Assembly (NCBI GenBank): GCA_033852135.1
Contig: JAWSVB010000014.1
Coordinates: 2,963 to 66,962 of the forward strand
Source: Gammaproteobacteria bacterium
GTDB lineage: Bacteria; Pseudomonadota; Gammaproteobacteria; QZLD01
Reading direction: 5' to 3'
Length of the DNA stretch: 64,000 bases
Within the stretch, counting starts at the first letter, position 1, and each line of letters opens with the position of its first letter. The position numbers and the translations under genes are program-made. Shown here piece after piece: positions 1 through 10,167 of this stretch. The notes below the pieces were generated by a model that searched no databases, was not told the DNA's origin, and was given only the letters and a program-made list of their open reading frames with translations.

Positions 1-11
1 GAATTGACTAC

Positions 12-302
12 ATGCTGACATACCCTGATATGCGAAGTTTTCTCACTAAAAAGTTAAATATTAAATCAAAATTAAGATACATCCCTGTTGTAGAGATGCC
101 AAAAGACTATTTGCTTGAAGCTCATGTTGGTTGTGCTAAAAATACTTGGGGACAGGAGCTTATTGGAAAAATTGATAACTTAATAAAAAATACTGATTTA
201 ATAGGAAAAACCGCAGATTATTATAGCTATTGGTTGGATGAAAATGATAAAAAAATCTACCGAGAGTTATTTGAGAAAGTAGTAAAGAGTAAGCAGGAAT
301 AA
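12..302 (+). CDS. 5'-truncated periplasmic solute-binding-like protein (C-terminal part; paralog of the next ORF)
   Basis: ORF runs off the window start. The C-terminal ~90 aa align with the C-terminus of ORF 305..1243 (KxKxxYIPxxEMPxxYLxxxHxxCxKxxWG...KxxxxI). Confidence 0.5.
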   Translation: MLTYPDMRSFLTKKLNIKSKLRYIPVVEMPKDYLLEAHVGCAKNTWGQELIGKIDNLIKNTDLIGKTADYYSYWLDENDKKIYRELFEKVVKSKQE

Positions 303-304
303 AG

Positions 305-1243
305 ATGAAACGCCAAAGGTGTCATCTTGCAAATTTTGCTTGGACATTGTTAGCTATTTTTAACCTATTTGTTTTGCATTTAGGTCATGCTTCGGCCGTT
401 GAATCTGGGGCCAAAACCGCTGGTCTTATTTTTGAAGATGGAAATGATTGGGGAAAGATAACCTGGTATAAGCACGATTTTCCTCCATATTTTATCCTGG
501 ATGGGGAATATAAAGATAAGGGGATTCTGGACCAGATTTTTCCATCCATAGTCAAAAACCTTCCTGAATTTCAACATCACCATTTTGTAAGCAACAATGC
601 AGGATTTTTCCGAAGGGTGGAGAACGGAGATGATGTCTGCGCTTATAGTTTGATAAAAACCGACCAGAGGGAAGAGCTATTATATTTTTCTACCCCATAT
701 TTCTTTGTGTTGCAAAATGCAATTTTCATAAGGGAAGAAGATAAAGGTAAATTCTCCAAATATATAAATGCAAAAGGGAGAATATCGCTATCTAAACTAA
801 TTCAAAATGACAAAATAAATTTTGGCGTCAAAAAAAGCGTCGCTTACGGTAAAAATGTTGACCAAATTATCCTGCAAAATTTAGATAGGCCTAATGTGAT
901 TGTACGCAAGGGGAAGGATCTTACTGAGGGGCTTCTTAAAATGCTCAGTTTAAAGCGGATAGACTACATGTTAGCCTATGATGAAAGTGTGGGGTTTCTA
1001 TCTCAGAAGTTAAACTTAAAGACAAAGTTTATGTATATCCCTATAGCTGAAATGCCTGAAAATTACTTAATAAGAGGACATATGGCGTGTCCTAAAACTA
1101 TATGGGGTAGAGCAGTAATAGATAAAGTAAATGCAGTGATTAAAGGCAAAGGTCTGGTTGAAAAAACAACAAACATATATAAAAAATGGCTAACTGACGA
1201 TGCAAAAAAAGAGTATCTGCAACTAATAGAAGTGATTAAATGA
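305..1243 (+). CDS. periplasmic solute-binding protein family 3-like protein (signal peptide)
   Basis: N-terminal hydrophobic signal peptide. The length and sequence character fit amino-acid-ABC-type binding proteins. Its stop overlaps the start of the downstream kinase gene (ATGA). Confidence 0.55.
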   Translation: MKRQRCHLANFAWTLLAIFNLFVLHLGHASAVESGAKTAGLIFEDGNDWGKITWYKHDFPPYFILDGEYKDKGILDQIFPSIVKNLPEFQHHHFVSNNAGFFRRVENGDDVCAYSLIKTDQREELLYFSTPYFFVLQNAIFIREEDKGKFSKYINAKGRISLSKLIQNDKINFGVKKSVAYGKNVDQIILQNLDRPNVIVRKGKDLTEGLLKMLSLKRIDYMLAYDESVGFLSQKLNLKTKFMYIPIAEMPENYLIRGHMACPKTIWGRAVIDKVNAVIKGKGLVEKTTNIYKKWLTDDAKKEYLQLIEVIK

Positions 1244-3507
1244 AGGAAAAATTAGCAAAGTTAAAATTCACTAATTATTTATTGCATGATTATGCGGTAC
1301 AGCACCTAATACTTTCAATAATGATATTTAGCTTTGTATTAACGCTTATTTTCTCCCTTATCCAGGTGAGTTTAGATTATCGAAGTGATATGGGTAAAAT
1401 TGATAATGCATTTTCCCAAATCGAAAATAGTAGCCTGATACCGTTAACCAATAATATCTGGTTTGTTAATGAAGAACAGGTGCGGCTGCAGTTAGATAGC
1501 TTTTTACAGTTTCCATTTGTCGAAATGGCCATGGTGGCAGAAAACTCCGGCTCTGTTATCTCTACGGGTGATATAACCTCAACAGATATCATCTCCAAAG
1601 AGTTTAAATTAATCAAAGATAACGTCGACGTAGGCAGTTTGATTATCGTTGCTGGGATAGATGAAATTTTTGATAAATTAATGCACCAATTTTTTATTAA
1701 CTTTATGGATTATGCTGTAAAGATATTTTTGGTATCTGGCTTTAGTATTTACGTGCTAAATAAATTAATCATTCGTCACCTTGCGAATATCTCCAACTTT
1801 TTAAGCAACATAAATATGGAGCAGCTAGATGCTGTCGAGCTCAAGTTAGATCGTAAGCAAGTAACAGCAGCAAAACATGACTCTTTAGAGCAGTTGGTAT
1901 CATCGATTAATTCGATGCGGCAAAGGTTAAATGACTCATACCAAAGATTAGATGGCTTTAAGACTGAGTTAGAACACAAAGTTGAAGAGAGAACTGTTGC
2001 GCTAAAAGATGCCAAAGATGAGGCGGAAGCTGCAAACAAAGCCAAGAGCCATTTTCTCGCTAATATGTCGCATGAAATTCGTACCCCAATGAACGCGATA
2101 TTAGGCTTTTCCGAGATAATGATGGAGAAAGTGGTCGACCCTCAGTTATCGCACTATGTAGAGTCAATTAACTCCAGTGGTAAATCCTTATTAAGTCTCA
2201 TCAATGATATATTGGATCTATCAAAAGTAGAATCAGGAAAGATGCAGCTTGAGTATTCAGCAGTATCATTAGCAAGCCTCATTAACGAGATGAAAGTGGT
2301 CTTTGGGCAAAGATTATCTGAGAAGAACCTTGATTTTATAATCGATATACCAAAAGAGTTTCCTAGTGCACTGGTGATGGATGATGCAAGGGTGCGCCAG
2401 GTTTTAATCAACCTAATCGGAAATGCAATAAAATTCACTGAATCTGGGTATATAAAAATTTCTTTGCAGCAAAGAACTTCTACTAATTATGAAAGAAGTT
2501 GCTTTGACTTTGCCTTAGCGGTTGAAGATACCGGAATGGGGATACCAAAAGAGGATCGAACCTCAATCTTTAGTGCCTTTTCACAAATGGACGGGCAAAA
2601 GTTCTCTAAATTTGGGGGGACAGGTCTTGGCCTGGCAATTTCATCACAATTAGTAAAAGTGATGGGGGGGGAGATAAAAGTAGATAGTCAGGTTGGCAAA
2701 GGTTCCATTTTCCAACTTGAATTTAAAGATATCGAAGTTGCATCCGCAGATGATATTGCAAATCAAAGCAGTGATTTTGATTATTCTAAGATCAAATTTG
2801 AAAACAGCGTAGTGGTTGTTGCTGACGATATCGATTTTAATCGAGAGTTGATTTGCGGATTTTTAGAGGGGTTTGGCCTGCAATTAATAGAAGCAAAAAA
2901 TGGTAAAGAAGCACTAGATAAAACCAAAGAATATAATGCCGATGTAGTATTAATGGATATCAGAATGCCCGAGATGAACGGGTATGATGCAACAAACTTA
3001 TTAAGAGAAGACCCAGAGTATAAAGATATACCAGTCATAGCTGTAACAGCATCGGTAATGAAAGAGGACATAGAAAACCTAGAATATGTCTTTAGCTCAT
3101 ACCTTAAAAAGCCAATTAGCAAAAAGCAGTTATTTAAAGAGTTAATTAAGCACCTACCATATTCAGAAAAAGAAGATTTAGCTACAGGTGATACTGAAAT
3201 AACAGAAGAGATAGAGCCTCTGGTAAAAATAAAAGAGTATCCCGCAGTATTACAAGTATTACAAAATAGGTTTGTAGAATTAGAAGAGTTATCAAATGAG
3301 TTAGCTATAGATAAAGTTGAATTAATAGCAGAAGATTTGAAAAAATTAGCAGTTGAAAATAAGTGCAGCCCACTTAAAAATTGGGCCAGCCAATTGGAAA
3401 ATGCAGCTTATATATTTGATATAGAGCAGATGCAAAAACTTTTCCTTGAGTTGCAACAGCTTTTATTTGAGCAGCAACAAAGCACGCAAGCTCAAGATAT
3501 GGAGTAG
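1240..3507 (+). CDS. hybrid sensor histidine kinase (TM sensor, coiled-coil, HisKA, HATPase, C-terminal receiver)
   Basis: H-box HFLANMSHEIRTPMNAILGFSE, G-boxes GMGIP and GGTGLGLAI, and a receiver with DD...D...MP(EMNG)...T...K. 4-nt overlap with the upstream SBP gene. Confidence 0.85.
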   Translation: MKEKLAKLKFTNYLLHDYAVQHLILSIMIFSFVLTLIFSLIQVSLDYRSDMGKIDNAFSQIENSSLIPLTNNIWFVNEEQVRLQLDSFLQFPFVEMAMVAENSGSVISTGDITSTDIISKEFKLIKDNVDVGSLIIVAGIDEIFDKLMHQFFINFMDYAVKIFLVSGFSIYVLNKLIIRHLANISNFLSNINMEQLDAVELKLDRKQVTAAKHDSLEQLVSSINSMRQRLNDSYQRLDGFKTELEHKVEERTVALKDAKDEAEAANKAKSHFLANMSHEIRTPMNAILGFSEIMMEKVVDPQLSHYVESINSSGKSLLSLINDILDLSKVESGKMQLEYSAVSLASLINEMKVVFGQRLSEKNLDFIIDIPKEFPSALVMDDARVRQVLINLIGNAIKFTESGYIKISLQQRTSTNYERSCFDFALAVEDTGMGIPKEDRTSIFSAFSQMDGQKFSKFGGTGLGLAISSQLVKVMGGEIKVDSQVGKGSIFQLEFKDIEVASADDIANQSSDFDYSKIKFENSVVVVADDIDFNRELICGFLEGFGLQLIEAKNGKEALDKTKEYNADVVLMDIRMPEMNGYDATNLLREDPEYKDIPVIAVTASVMKEDIENLEYVFSSYLKKPISKKQLFKELIKHLPYSEKEDLATGDTEITEEIEPLVKIKEYPAVLQVLQNRFVELEELSNELAIDKVELIAEDLKKLAVENKCSPLKNWASQLENAAYIFDIEQMQKLFLELQQLLFEQQQSTQAQDME

Positions 3508-3510
3508 ATA

Positions 3511-5085
3511 ATGGACGAGATCGAAGAAAATATGCAGCGCATTTTAGTAGTAGATGATACCCAGAAAAATATTCAGGTAATCGGGGCAATTCTACGCGAA
3601 AAAGATTATCTAATAAGCATCGCTAGTAGTGGGGAGATGGCTCTTAAAACGATAGAAAGTACAACTCCAGATTTGATTCTATTGGATATAATGATGCCGG
3701 GTATCGATGGATATGAAACTTGTAAAAGAATTAAAGAAAATCCAGAGACAAAAGATATTCCAATTATCTTTCTAAGCGCCATTACAGAGACTTTGGACAA
3801 GGTCAAAGCATTTGAGCTAGGAGCTGTTGACTATGTAACCAAGCCAATCGAATCTAAAGAACTTTTGGCAAGAGTTCATACCCACCTGAAGATAGATTCA
3901 CTACAAAAAGAATTAAAATATATAAACAAAAATCTAGAGCAACTGGTAGAGATCCGCACTCATGAGCTGCAACAAACAGAGTCATATCTTGAGAACGTTA
4001 TCGATTCAATGCCATCGAGCATTATTGGGATAGATTTAGAAGGGGATATTATAAATCTAAATGAACAGGCAGAACGCCAGGCATCTTTATATGCAGGTGA
4101 TGTTGAGCGCAGAAATGTGAGAGAAGTATTTCCAGAGTTTTCTGATTACTACCCCGAGATATTTGCAGCCCTGAATAAAGGTGAAATATTTAAGCACAAC
4201 AAGATACATACTCAAACTGATTCGAAACAGCGTTACATAAATATTAATGTTTATCCTCTAATAGTTAAGTATACAGTTGTCGGTGGAGTAATCCGCATAG
4301 ATGATGTAACAGAGGCCATGAAACTGGAGAAGATAAAAAATAGATTTGAGAAAGAGAAAATGACAGCACTGGGGGATATTGTGATTGGTGTAGCTCATGA
4401 GATTAATACACCGATTGGCAGTGCGATAACAGCAGCATCTTTTCTAAAAGGGAAAACAGAAAACCTGAACGAGATTTTTCATCAAGGCAATATGACCAAG
4501 CGAGATTTCGAAACCTACATGGAGTCTGCCCAGCAATTTGAAACAATGGTGCTTTCAAATATGCAGCGAGTAGCAGTGCTAGTCTCTCATTTTAAAGAGA
4601 TAGCGGTTGACTATGATGGTGACAAGATAAGTTGTTTTAATCTTCGGGATAAAATAAACACCATTATTGATTCACTCGTGTATGAGATAAATGAGAGAAA
4701 ATGCAGTATAGAATTAAACTGTCCTGAAGAGTTTGAGATAAAACTGCAGAAGAAATCCTTTAATCAAGTATTGGGAAATCTGCTAACTAACTCCCTTATT
4801 CATGGATTTGAAGGTAAAGATAACGGCGTTATAAATATTGATGTTGAAGCCAATCCAGATGTAGTGGTGATACATTACAGTGATAACGGCAAAGGGATAG
4901 CAAAAGAGGATCAGGATAAAGTATTTTCTCCATTTTTCACTACCAAAAGGGGGAGTGAGTGCGTGGGCCTTGGGTTGTCCATCCTATACAACCTTGTGAC
5001 TTTACGTATGGAAGGCAAGATAGATTTTAGTAACACACCTGGAAAAGGACTAAGCTTCAGAATAGAGTTGCCACAGGTGGATTAA
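3511..5085 (+). CDS. response-regulator receiver / PAS / histidine kinase fusion protein
   Basis: N-terminal receiver (VVDD...LLDIMMPGIDGY...FLSA...K), central PAS-like region, HEINTPIG H-box, C-terminal ATPase (GLGLSI). Confidence 0.8.
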   Translation: MDEIEENMQRILVVDDTQKNIQVIGAILREKDYLISIASSGEMALKTIESTTPDLILLDIMMPGIDGYETCKRIKENPETKDIPIIFLSAITETLDKVKAFELGAVDYVTKPIESKELLARVHTHLKIDSLQKELKYINKNLEQLVEIRTHELQQTESYLENVIDSMPSSIIGIDLEGDIINLNEQAERQASLYAGDVERRNVREVFPEFSDYYPEIFAALNKGEIFKHNKIHTQTDSKQRYININVYPLIVKYTVVGGVIRIDDVTEAMKLEKIKNRFEKEKMTALGDIVIGVAHEINTPIGSAITAASFLKGKTENLNEIFHQGNMTKRDFETYMESAQQFETMVLSNMQRVAVLVSHFKEIAVDYDGDKISCFNLRDKINTIIDSLVYEINERKCSIELNCPEEFEIKLQKKSFNQVLGNLLTNSLIHGFEGKDNGVINIDVEANPDVVVIHYSDNGKGIAKEDQDKVFSPFFTTKRGSECVGLGLSILYNLVTLRMEGKIDFSNTPGKGLSFRIELPQVD

Positions 5086-5230
5086 TTAGGAAAAATGCCT
5101 ATAAATCATTTGATTAACAGTGGTTGTTTCATTGACCGCCGGAATATATCGTAGTAGCATGTCACAAAATAATAACTAGCGCGTTAAATTTCATAAGCGC
5201 AATAATAAAGCTACAACGAGACCCATTTTT

Positions 5231-6550
5231 ATGATTTCAGCCCTTCGGTCATGCTTCTCATTTGAGAAAAATCTTGAAGCCCTAACTAAAAGAGATAACA
5301 GCAATATAGCAGTGCTCGATGGCTTAAGAGTTATTGCTACCTTTTACGTGATTCTCTACCATGGATTTCATCTTGCCCAGGCTTTTTTTACCGAGAGTGA
5401 AGTGGGAAAATTCGTAGAATATCTGAATACCTTTCCAACATGGCTTAACTGGGTGTGGTATGGCGATCGCGGCGTAGATATATTTTTTGTGCTCAGTGGC
5501 TTTTTGATTGGCGGCCTTTTATTTAATGAGCACACCAAAAAAGCAAAAATTAATATTCCCCGTTTTTATTGGCGCAGAGCACTAAGGCTTATGCCTTTAT
5601 ATCTCTTCTTAATCATAGTTTTTTACAAAATAGGCGATGGGAAAGGAATAGATTATATTTGGGCTAATATCCTATATGTAAATAACTACCTACAAGCTGA
5701 AAATGTATTTATCGCCTGGAGTTGGAGCCTAGCTGTAGAGCAGCAATTTTATTGGGTATTTCCTTTGTTACTAACCTTAGTGTTTTTTAGAACCAAACAT
5801 AAGCTAACAGTATTAATCTCACTTTTTATCCTCTCATTTATAATTCGCTGGCTCATAATTCTAACGGATGAGAGCTTGGTAACGCTCCCTAATGCAGCAA
5901 ATATGTTCCACCTTTTGCCTGAATCAAATACCAACCTAGGTGAAAAACTCTATACCAATCTTTACAGTAGATACGGGGCATTAATTTTAGGGGTTATAGG
6001 TGCTTACCTAAACCATTATCACAGCACTGCATTAGCAGGATTTTTCCAAACTAAAAAGTCTGATTTAATCGCTATCATCTCTATAGTATTTATGGCTTTG
6101 TGGGCAAGTTTACCGGTGTATAAACCTCTGTTTGAACCATCTAAACAGGTACTAACCGCGTACTTTGTATTTGACAGGAATATCTTCTCGATCGCCATAC
6201 TCTACCTAATGCTGGCTCTGCTATACCCAACTGCTTTTAGAACACCGCTTGCTAAATTGTTATCATTAAAGATATTTCATCCATTGGCGCAACTATCGTA
6301 CTCTTTATATCTATTTCACCCACTATTCTTACTACCTGTAGGGATAATGGTGGCAGGGGTTATGCCGGCCTCGCAGTTGTTATATTCAGGTATATTTATC
6401 ATCGTAATCCTAGGCACCGCTTTTTGCGCACTATTTTGTATCTTTACCTACCTATTTATCGAAAGACCATTTATGAATATGCGAAACCTGAAAAGGCATT
6501 GTATAAACACCGACCTTGATAGCGACCAATTACAAGGGGCTGGTTCCTAG
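5231..6550 (+). CDS. acyltransferase family 3 (OafA/YrhL-like) integral membrane protein
   Basis: About 10 TM segments and the N-terminal LDGLRVIA...HG motif typical of acyltransferase_3. Confidence 0.75.
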   Translation: MISALRSCFSFEKNLEALTKRDNSNIAVLDGLRVIATFYVILYHGFHLAQAFFTESEVGKFVEYLNTFPTWLNWVWYGDRGVDIFFVLSGFLIGGLLFNEHTKKAKINIPRFYWRRALRLMPLYLFLIIVFYKIGDGKGIDYIWANILYVNNYLQAENVFIAWSWSLAVEQQFYWVFPLLLTLVFFRTKHKLTVLISLFILSFIIRWLIILTDESLVTLPNAANMFHLLPESNTNLGEKLYTNLYSRYGALILGVIGAYLNHYHSTALAGFFQTKKSDLIAIISIVFMALWASLPVYKPLFEPSKQVLTAYFVFDRNIFSIAILYLMLALLYPTAFRTPLAKLLSLKIFHPLAQLSYSLYLFHPLFLLPVGIMVAGVMPASQLLYSGIFIIVILGTAFCALFCIFTYLFIERPFMNMRNLKRHCINTDLDSDQLQGAGS

Positions 6551-6705
6551 TAACTCAGCTCCTGCTTGTTCTGATTCATTATTTCAAATAAGCACTATTC
6601 ATCAACTAAACAGTAATTATTTATAAAATCCAGTTGCAGTACTCACTTTGATTGTCCATTATTCCTACTAAGGTAATTACCTTGAAATCAAATTTAGGAA
6701 TTAAA

Positions 6706-7524
6706 ATGACAGAGATAGTTATTGACCCGCACAAGTGTAATAGAGATGGAATTTGCGCAGCATCATGTCCTCTGCATCTATTTAAAATTGATGCCGACAC
6801 CAAGATCCCATATCTTGATGAAGAAAGGGCAGATAACTGTATAAACTGTGGTCACTGCATCTCAGTCTGCTCTCAAGATGCGCTAACCCTCAACGGCGTT
6901 TCCCCCGCAGAACTCACCCAAATAGACCCTGAGCTAATGCCATCGCCAGAGAGCATAGAGCAGTTTCTAAGAAGCAGAAGATCTATCCGTAGATACAAAA
7001 ACAAACCAGTGGATAAAGAGACGCTAACCAAATTAGTCGATCTAGCAAGTTGCTCTCCAACTGGGCGTAACGAGCGCGAGATCTCATGGCGTTTAGTCAA
7101 TGACAAACAAAAGATGAAACAGCTTGCCGGTTACGTAATAGATTGGATGAGGCAGGTAAGTAAGCTTAATAAAGAGTCAGAACAGAATTTTCAAACGTTT
7201 ATCAATGCATGGGAAAAAGGGCATGACTCAATCCTAAGAGATGCACCAGCTTTAGCAGTAGCCGTAGCTCCCAAAGCATTTCCAATAGCGACAGAGGATG
7301 GATCTACTGCCATAGCTTATCTTGAACTCGCAGCACCATCTTTTGGTTTAGGCTCATGTTGGGGTGGATACTTCTATTATGCTGCTAACTCTAGTGCCAA
7401 AATTCAAAAGCTATTATCGATAACAGAGGATGAGAAGTGCGTAGGTGCCGCAATGCTTGGCTACCCACAGTTTAAATACTACCGTATTCCCAAGCGCGAG
7501 ACAGAGCAGATTAAATGGGTTTAA
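6706..7524 (+). CDS. 2x[4Fe-4S] ferredoxin-domain / nitroreductase-family fusion protein
   Basis: Two CxxCxxCxxxCP cluster motifs (CNRDGICAASCP, CINCGHCISVCS) followed by a nitroreductase-like domain (RRSIRRY). The start is placed at the ATG with an AGGA RBS; the 6652 alternative is less likely. Confidence 0.7.
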   Translation: MTEIVIDPHKCNRDGICAASCPLHLFKIDADTKIPYLDEERADNCINCGHCISVCSQDALTLNGVSPAELTQIDPELMPSPESIEQFLRSRRSIRRYKNKPVDKETLTKLVDLASCSPTGRNEREISWRLVNDKQKMKQLAGYVIDWMRQVSKLNKESEQNFQTFINAWEKGHDSILRDAPALAVAVAPKAFPIATEDGSTAIAYLELAAPSFGLGSCWGGYFYYAANSSAKIQKLLSITEDEKCVGAAMLGYPQFKYYRIPKRETEQIKWV

Positions 7525-7577
7525 GCATTAGGTATTAAGCACTAGGCATTAGGCATAAATCGATATGGAGCATTAAT

Positions 7578-8036
7578 ATGAGCTTAAACCTAAAAATCCC
7601 ACCAGTTGCACAAGGGATAATTGCAGCCGCACTAACCTGGCTTTGTAGTGAGTTTGTACCGCTGTATAAACTTAATATACCTCACCAAATAGTGGCTGCT
7701 TCCATACTGTTTTTCTCTGGTGGGGTGGTTGCTCTTTTAGGTGTGTACGCATTTAGAAAAATGAGTACAACCGTTGACCCAAGGTACCCAGATAAAGCAT
7801 CCTCACTAGTGGTTATTGGAATCTACAGATACTCGCGTAACCCTATGTATCTTGGAATTTTACTGGTGCTGCTGGGGTGGGCTTTATTTTTGGGGGCTAT
7901 CTCCGGCCTTATTATCCCAGTAGTCTTTGTGGTTGCTATAAATCAATTGCAAATAAAACCAGAAGAACAAGCACTAAAAGATAAGTTTAAAGATAGCTAT
8001 ATTAGCTACACCAAAAGCGTAAGACGTTGGATATAG
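7578..8036 (+). CDS. isoprenylcysteine carboxyl methyltransferase (ICMT/PEMT)-family membrane methyltransferase
   Basis: YRYSRNPMYLG motif and multi-TM topology. Confidence 0.7.
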   Translation: MSLNLKIPPVAQGIIAAALTWLCSEFVPLYKLNIPHQIVAASILFFSGGVVALLGVYAFRKMSTTVDPRYPDKASSLVVIGIYRYSRNPMYLGILLVLLGWALFLGAISGLIIPVVFVVAINQLQIKPEEQALKDKFKDSYISYTKSVRRWI

Positions 8037-8059
8037 CAATAGATGATTAGCGTTATAAG

Positions 8060-8809
8060 CTAGTACTCTAAAGCTCTCATGTTTAGCCATAAATCCTCAA
8101 ATACAACCTGGTATTTTTTGATTGTTGCAAGGTTATTTGTACGCAGAATATTCTCGTAGTTATACTTGCCTGCACTGCGAGTCCAGTTATAACTACCAGT
8201 AATCAAACTCACATTATCGAAGATAGCAAACTTATGATGCATATGGACATCGGTATAATCAACTTTGGTACTAATACCGTGTTTGAATAACTCATCGATA
8301 TCCGAGCCTCTATCTAAAGATTTATCGTTATCAGAGATAATTCTAACCTTAACCCCTTTGTCATGAGCAGCTTTAATCTCGCTAGATATGCGATTATCTG
8401 TAATAGTAAATACACATATATCGATGGATCTAGTGGCAGACCTAATCGAGCTAACGATAGCATCAACGCAATCATCGCCAGGGCTAAAAAAAGCTTCCTC
8501 TTCAAAACTAGCAGAATCGATATTCAAAGTTTTATTCGCAGTCTCAACCCAATCTAAAACTAAAGGGGAGTTTTCCGTATGGATAGCCGAGCGAGCAATA
8601 TCAAAAATCTTATTCCTAATAAAATTTATATCGTTCGTTTCAAGCTCCATCTCTTTAATGATTTGCTTAATCGCATTTTTCTCATTACGTGAGAAGTTAG
8701 CATCATCAAAGGTCTGCTCATAATTGTTAATCAATTGTTTTAGTTCTTTTAGATTTGGCATAATGTATTTGATAAAGTTATTAATTACAGAAACACCATG
8801 ATAAAACAC
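8060..8809 (-). CDS. phospholipase D-like (single HKD motif, Nuc-like) domain protein
   Basis: HxKxxxxD motif (HHKFAIFD...GSYNWT) in the C-terminal half, with a second degenerate half upstream. Confidence 0.7.
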   Translation of the reverse strand: MFYHGVSVINNFIKYIMPNLKELKQLINNYEQTFDDANFSRNEKNAIKQIIKEMELETNDINFIRNKIFDIARSAIHTENSPLVLDWVETANKTLNIDSASFEEEAFFSPGDDCVDAIVSSIRSATRSIDICVFTITDNRISSEIKAAHDKGVKVRIISDNDKSLDRGSDIDELFKHGISTKVDYTDVHMHHKFAIFDNVSLITGSYNWTRSAGKYNYENILRTNNLATIKKYQVVFEDLWLNMRALEY

Positions 8810-8860
8810 ATAAAGTAGAATATCAGTAAATGTTTTGCACTTAGGAGTTGAATCTAGGAA

Positions 8861-9661
8861 ATGAAAAATCTAAATGAATATTTACAAAGAATAGGCTTTC
8901 AAGGTGAGCCAAAAGTTGATTTAGAAACCCTAATCAAACTGCATAGATGCCAAGCATTCAGTATTCCGTTTGAAAACTTTGATGTTTATGTAAACGACAA
9001 AGTGGATATTGAAAAACCAGCAGTATTAGATAAGTTAATTAAGCAGGGTAGAGGCGGTTATTGCTACGAGCTTAATGGAGCACTCTATGACCTGTTAACA
9101 ACCATAGGTTTTAAAGTTAAGTACCTGGCTTCACGCCCCATGATGGGATATACCGAGCTAAGGCCCAAAACCCATATGATATTAATGGTAGAGCTGCAAG
9201 GGGAACAATATCTGGCGGACGTAGGTTTTACAGCCCTAAATATTATAGAGCCTCTGAAAATTGAACCTGGAACCGTGCATCACCAATATGGGCAATGCTT
9301 TAGAATCATAGAGGATGCAGAGCGCGGCTACATCTTTCAATCTAAAACAGGGGATGAGTGGGAATCATGCTACTCATTTGACTTAACTGAGCAGCAATAT
9401 ATAGATTTTAAACTAGCCAATTTCTATAACTCCAACTCAACAGAATCAATCTGCACCAACATGATTATCGCAGGTATCTATTCCGAAAAGGGGCGAGTTA
9501 GGCTGTTAAATAATAGATTTGAAGTAAAGCTAACCGATAGAGATGAAGATATTCAAGTAGAGAGTGAAGAGCAGCTAGCAAATCTACTCAAGCAGTTTTT
9601 CAACATCAAACTGGATGCTGAAAAACTAGATAAACTCTATGTTCGGATGAGTTCAGAATAA
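8861..9661 (+). CDS. nat: arylamine N-acetyltransferase
   Basis: Catalytic cysteine context RGGYCYELN, conserved length (~270 aa), and the LHRC...IPFEN N-terminal motif. Confidence 0.8.
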   Translation: MKNLNEYLQRIGFQGEPKVDLETLIKLHRCQAFSIPFENFDVYVNDKVDIEKPAVLDKLIKQGRGGYCYELNGALYDLLTTIGFKVKYLASRPMMGYTELRPKTHMILMVELQGEQYLADVGFTALNIIEPLKIEPGTVHHQYGQCFRIIEDAERGYIFQSKTGDEWESCYSFDLTEQQYIDFKLANFYNSNSTESICTNMIIAGIYSEKGRVRLLNNRFEVKLTDRDEDIQVESEEQLANLLKQFFNIKLDAEKLDKLYVRMSSE

Positions 9662-9668
9662 ATTAAAT

Positions 9669-10085
9669 CTAAACATCACTCGGATGAAAAATCTTATCTA
9701 AAGATAATCTACCCGGACCAACAAGAATCAACCCCAAGAAGAGCACAGCAGCTTCAAGCGCGTGGGAGAACTTCATAAATGGGTCGCCTAAACCAATATG
9801 CATAGCAGTGGCAACCGCCATAGTGCAAAAGAGGAAGAAGCAAGCTGGACGCATTAATAACCCAAGGATTAAAAACAGCCCGCCAGCAAATTCAGAAATT
9901 GCAGCCATAAAGCCAAAAAATGTATGGAAAAAATCGATTCCGATAAATGATATAGCACCACCAAGATTAACCCAAAGCTCGGGGCCACCAGATAGTTTGG
10001 GGAATCCATGCAGCATAAATGCAGCACCAATCCCAATCCGAATAATTAACAGCCCAATATCCCTGTGAGTTTTATCTGCAAACAT
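9669..10085 (-). CDS. DoxX family membrane protein
   Basis: Four TM segments and the HG(F)PKL DoxX signature. Confidence 0.75.
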   Translation of the reverse strand: MFADKTHRDIGLLIIRIGIGAAFMLHGFPKLSGGPELWVNLGGAISFIGIDFFHTFFGFMAAISEFAGGLFLILGLLMRPACFFLFCTMAVATAMHIGLGDPFMKFSHALEAAVLFLGLILVGPGRLSLDKIFHPSDV

Positions 10086-10167
10086 TATCCATTGCTCCGT
10101 AGCTATATTTGTCCGTATTAATATTTAATATAGAACGGGTTGCAAAAAATGCAATAAAAATGGGTGT

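Noticed and set aside
380-583. Antisense ORFs of 60-160 aa nested inside longer genes. Examples: 380..583, 1377..1616, 1776..2045, 2154..2438, 2781..3122, 8314..8723, 12385..12989, 13508..14124, 23490..23978, 29864..30205, 35463..41847 (+ strand inside the giant gene), 45041..46027, 47689..48015, 50364..51188, 53428..53985, 55333..55963, 57070..58123, 58385..59443, 60388..61158, 62228..63487.
   Set aside because: Each lies wholly inside a longer ORF on the opposite strand that has clear family motifs. They have low-complexity or odd composition and no RBS, so I treat them as frame-shadow artefacts.
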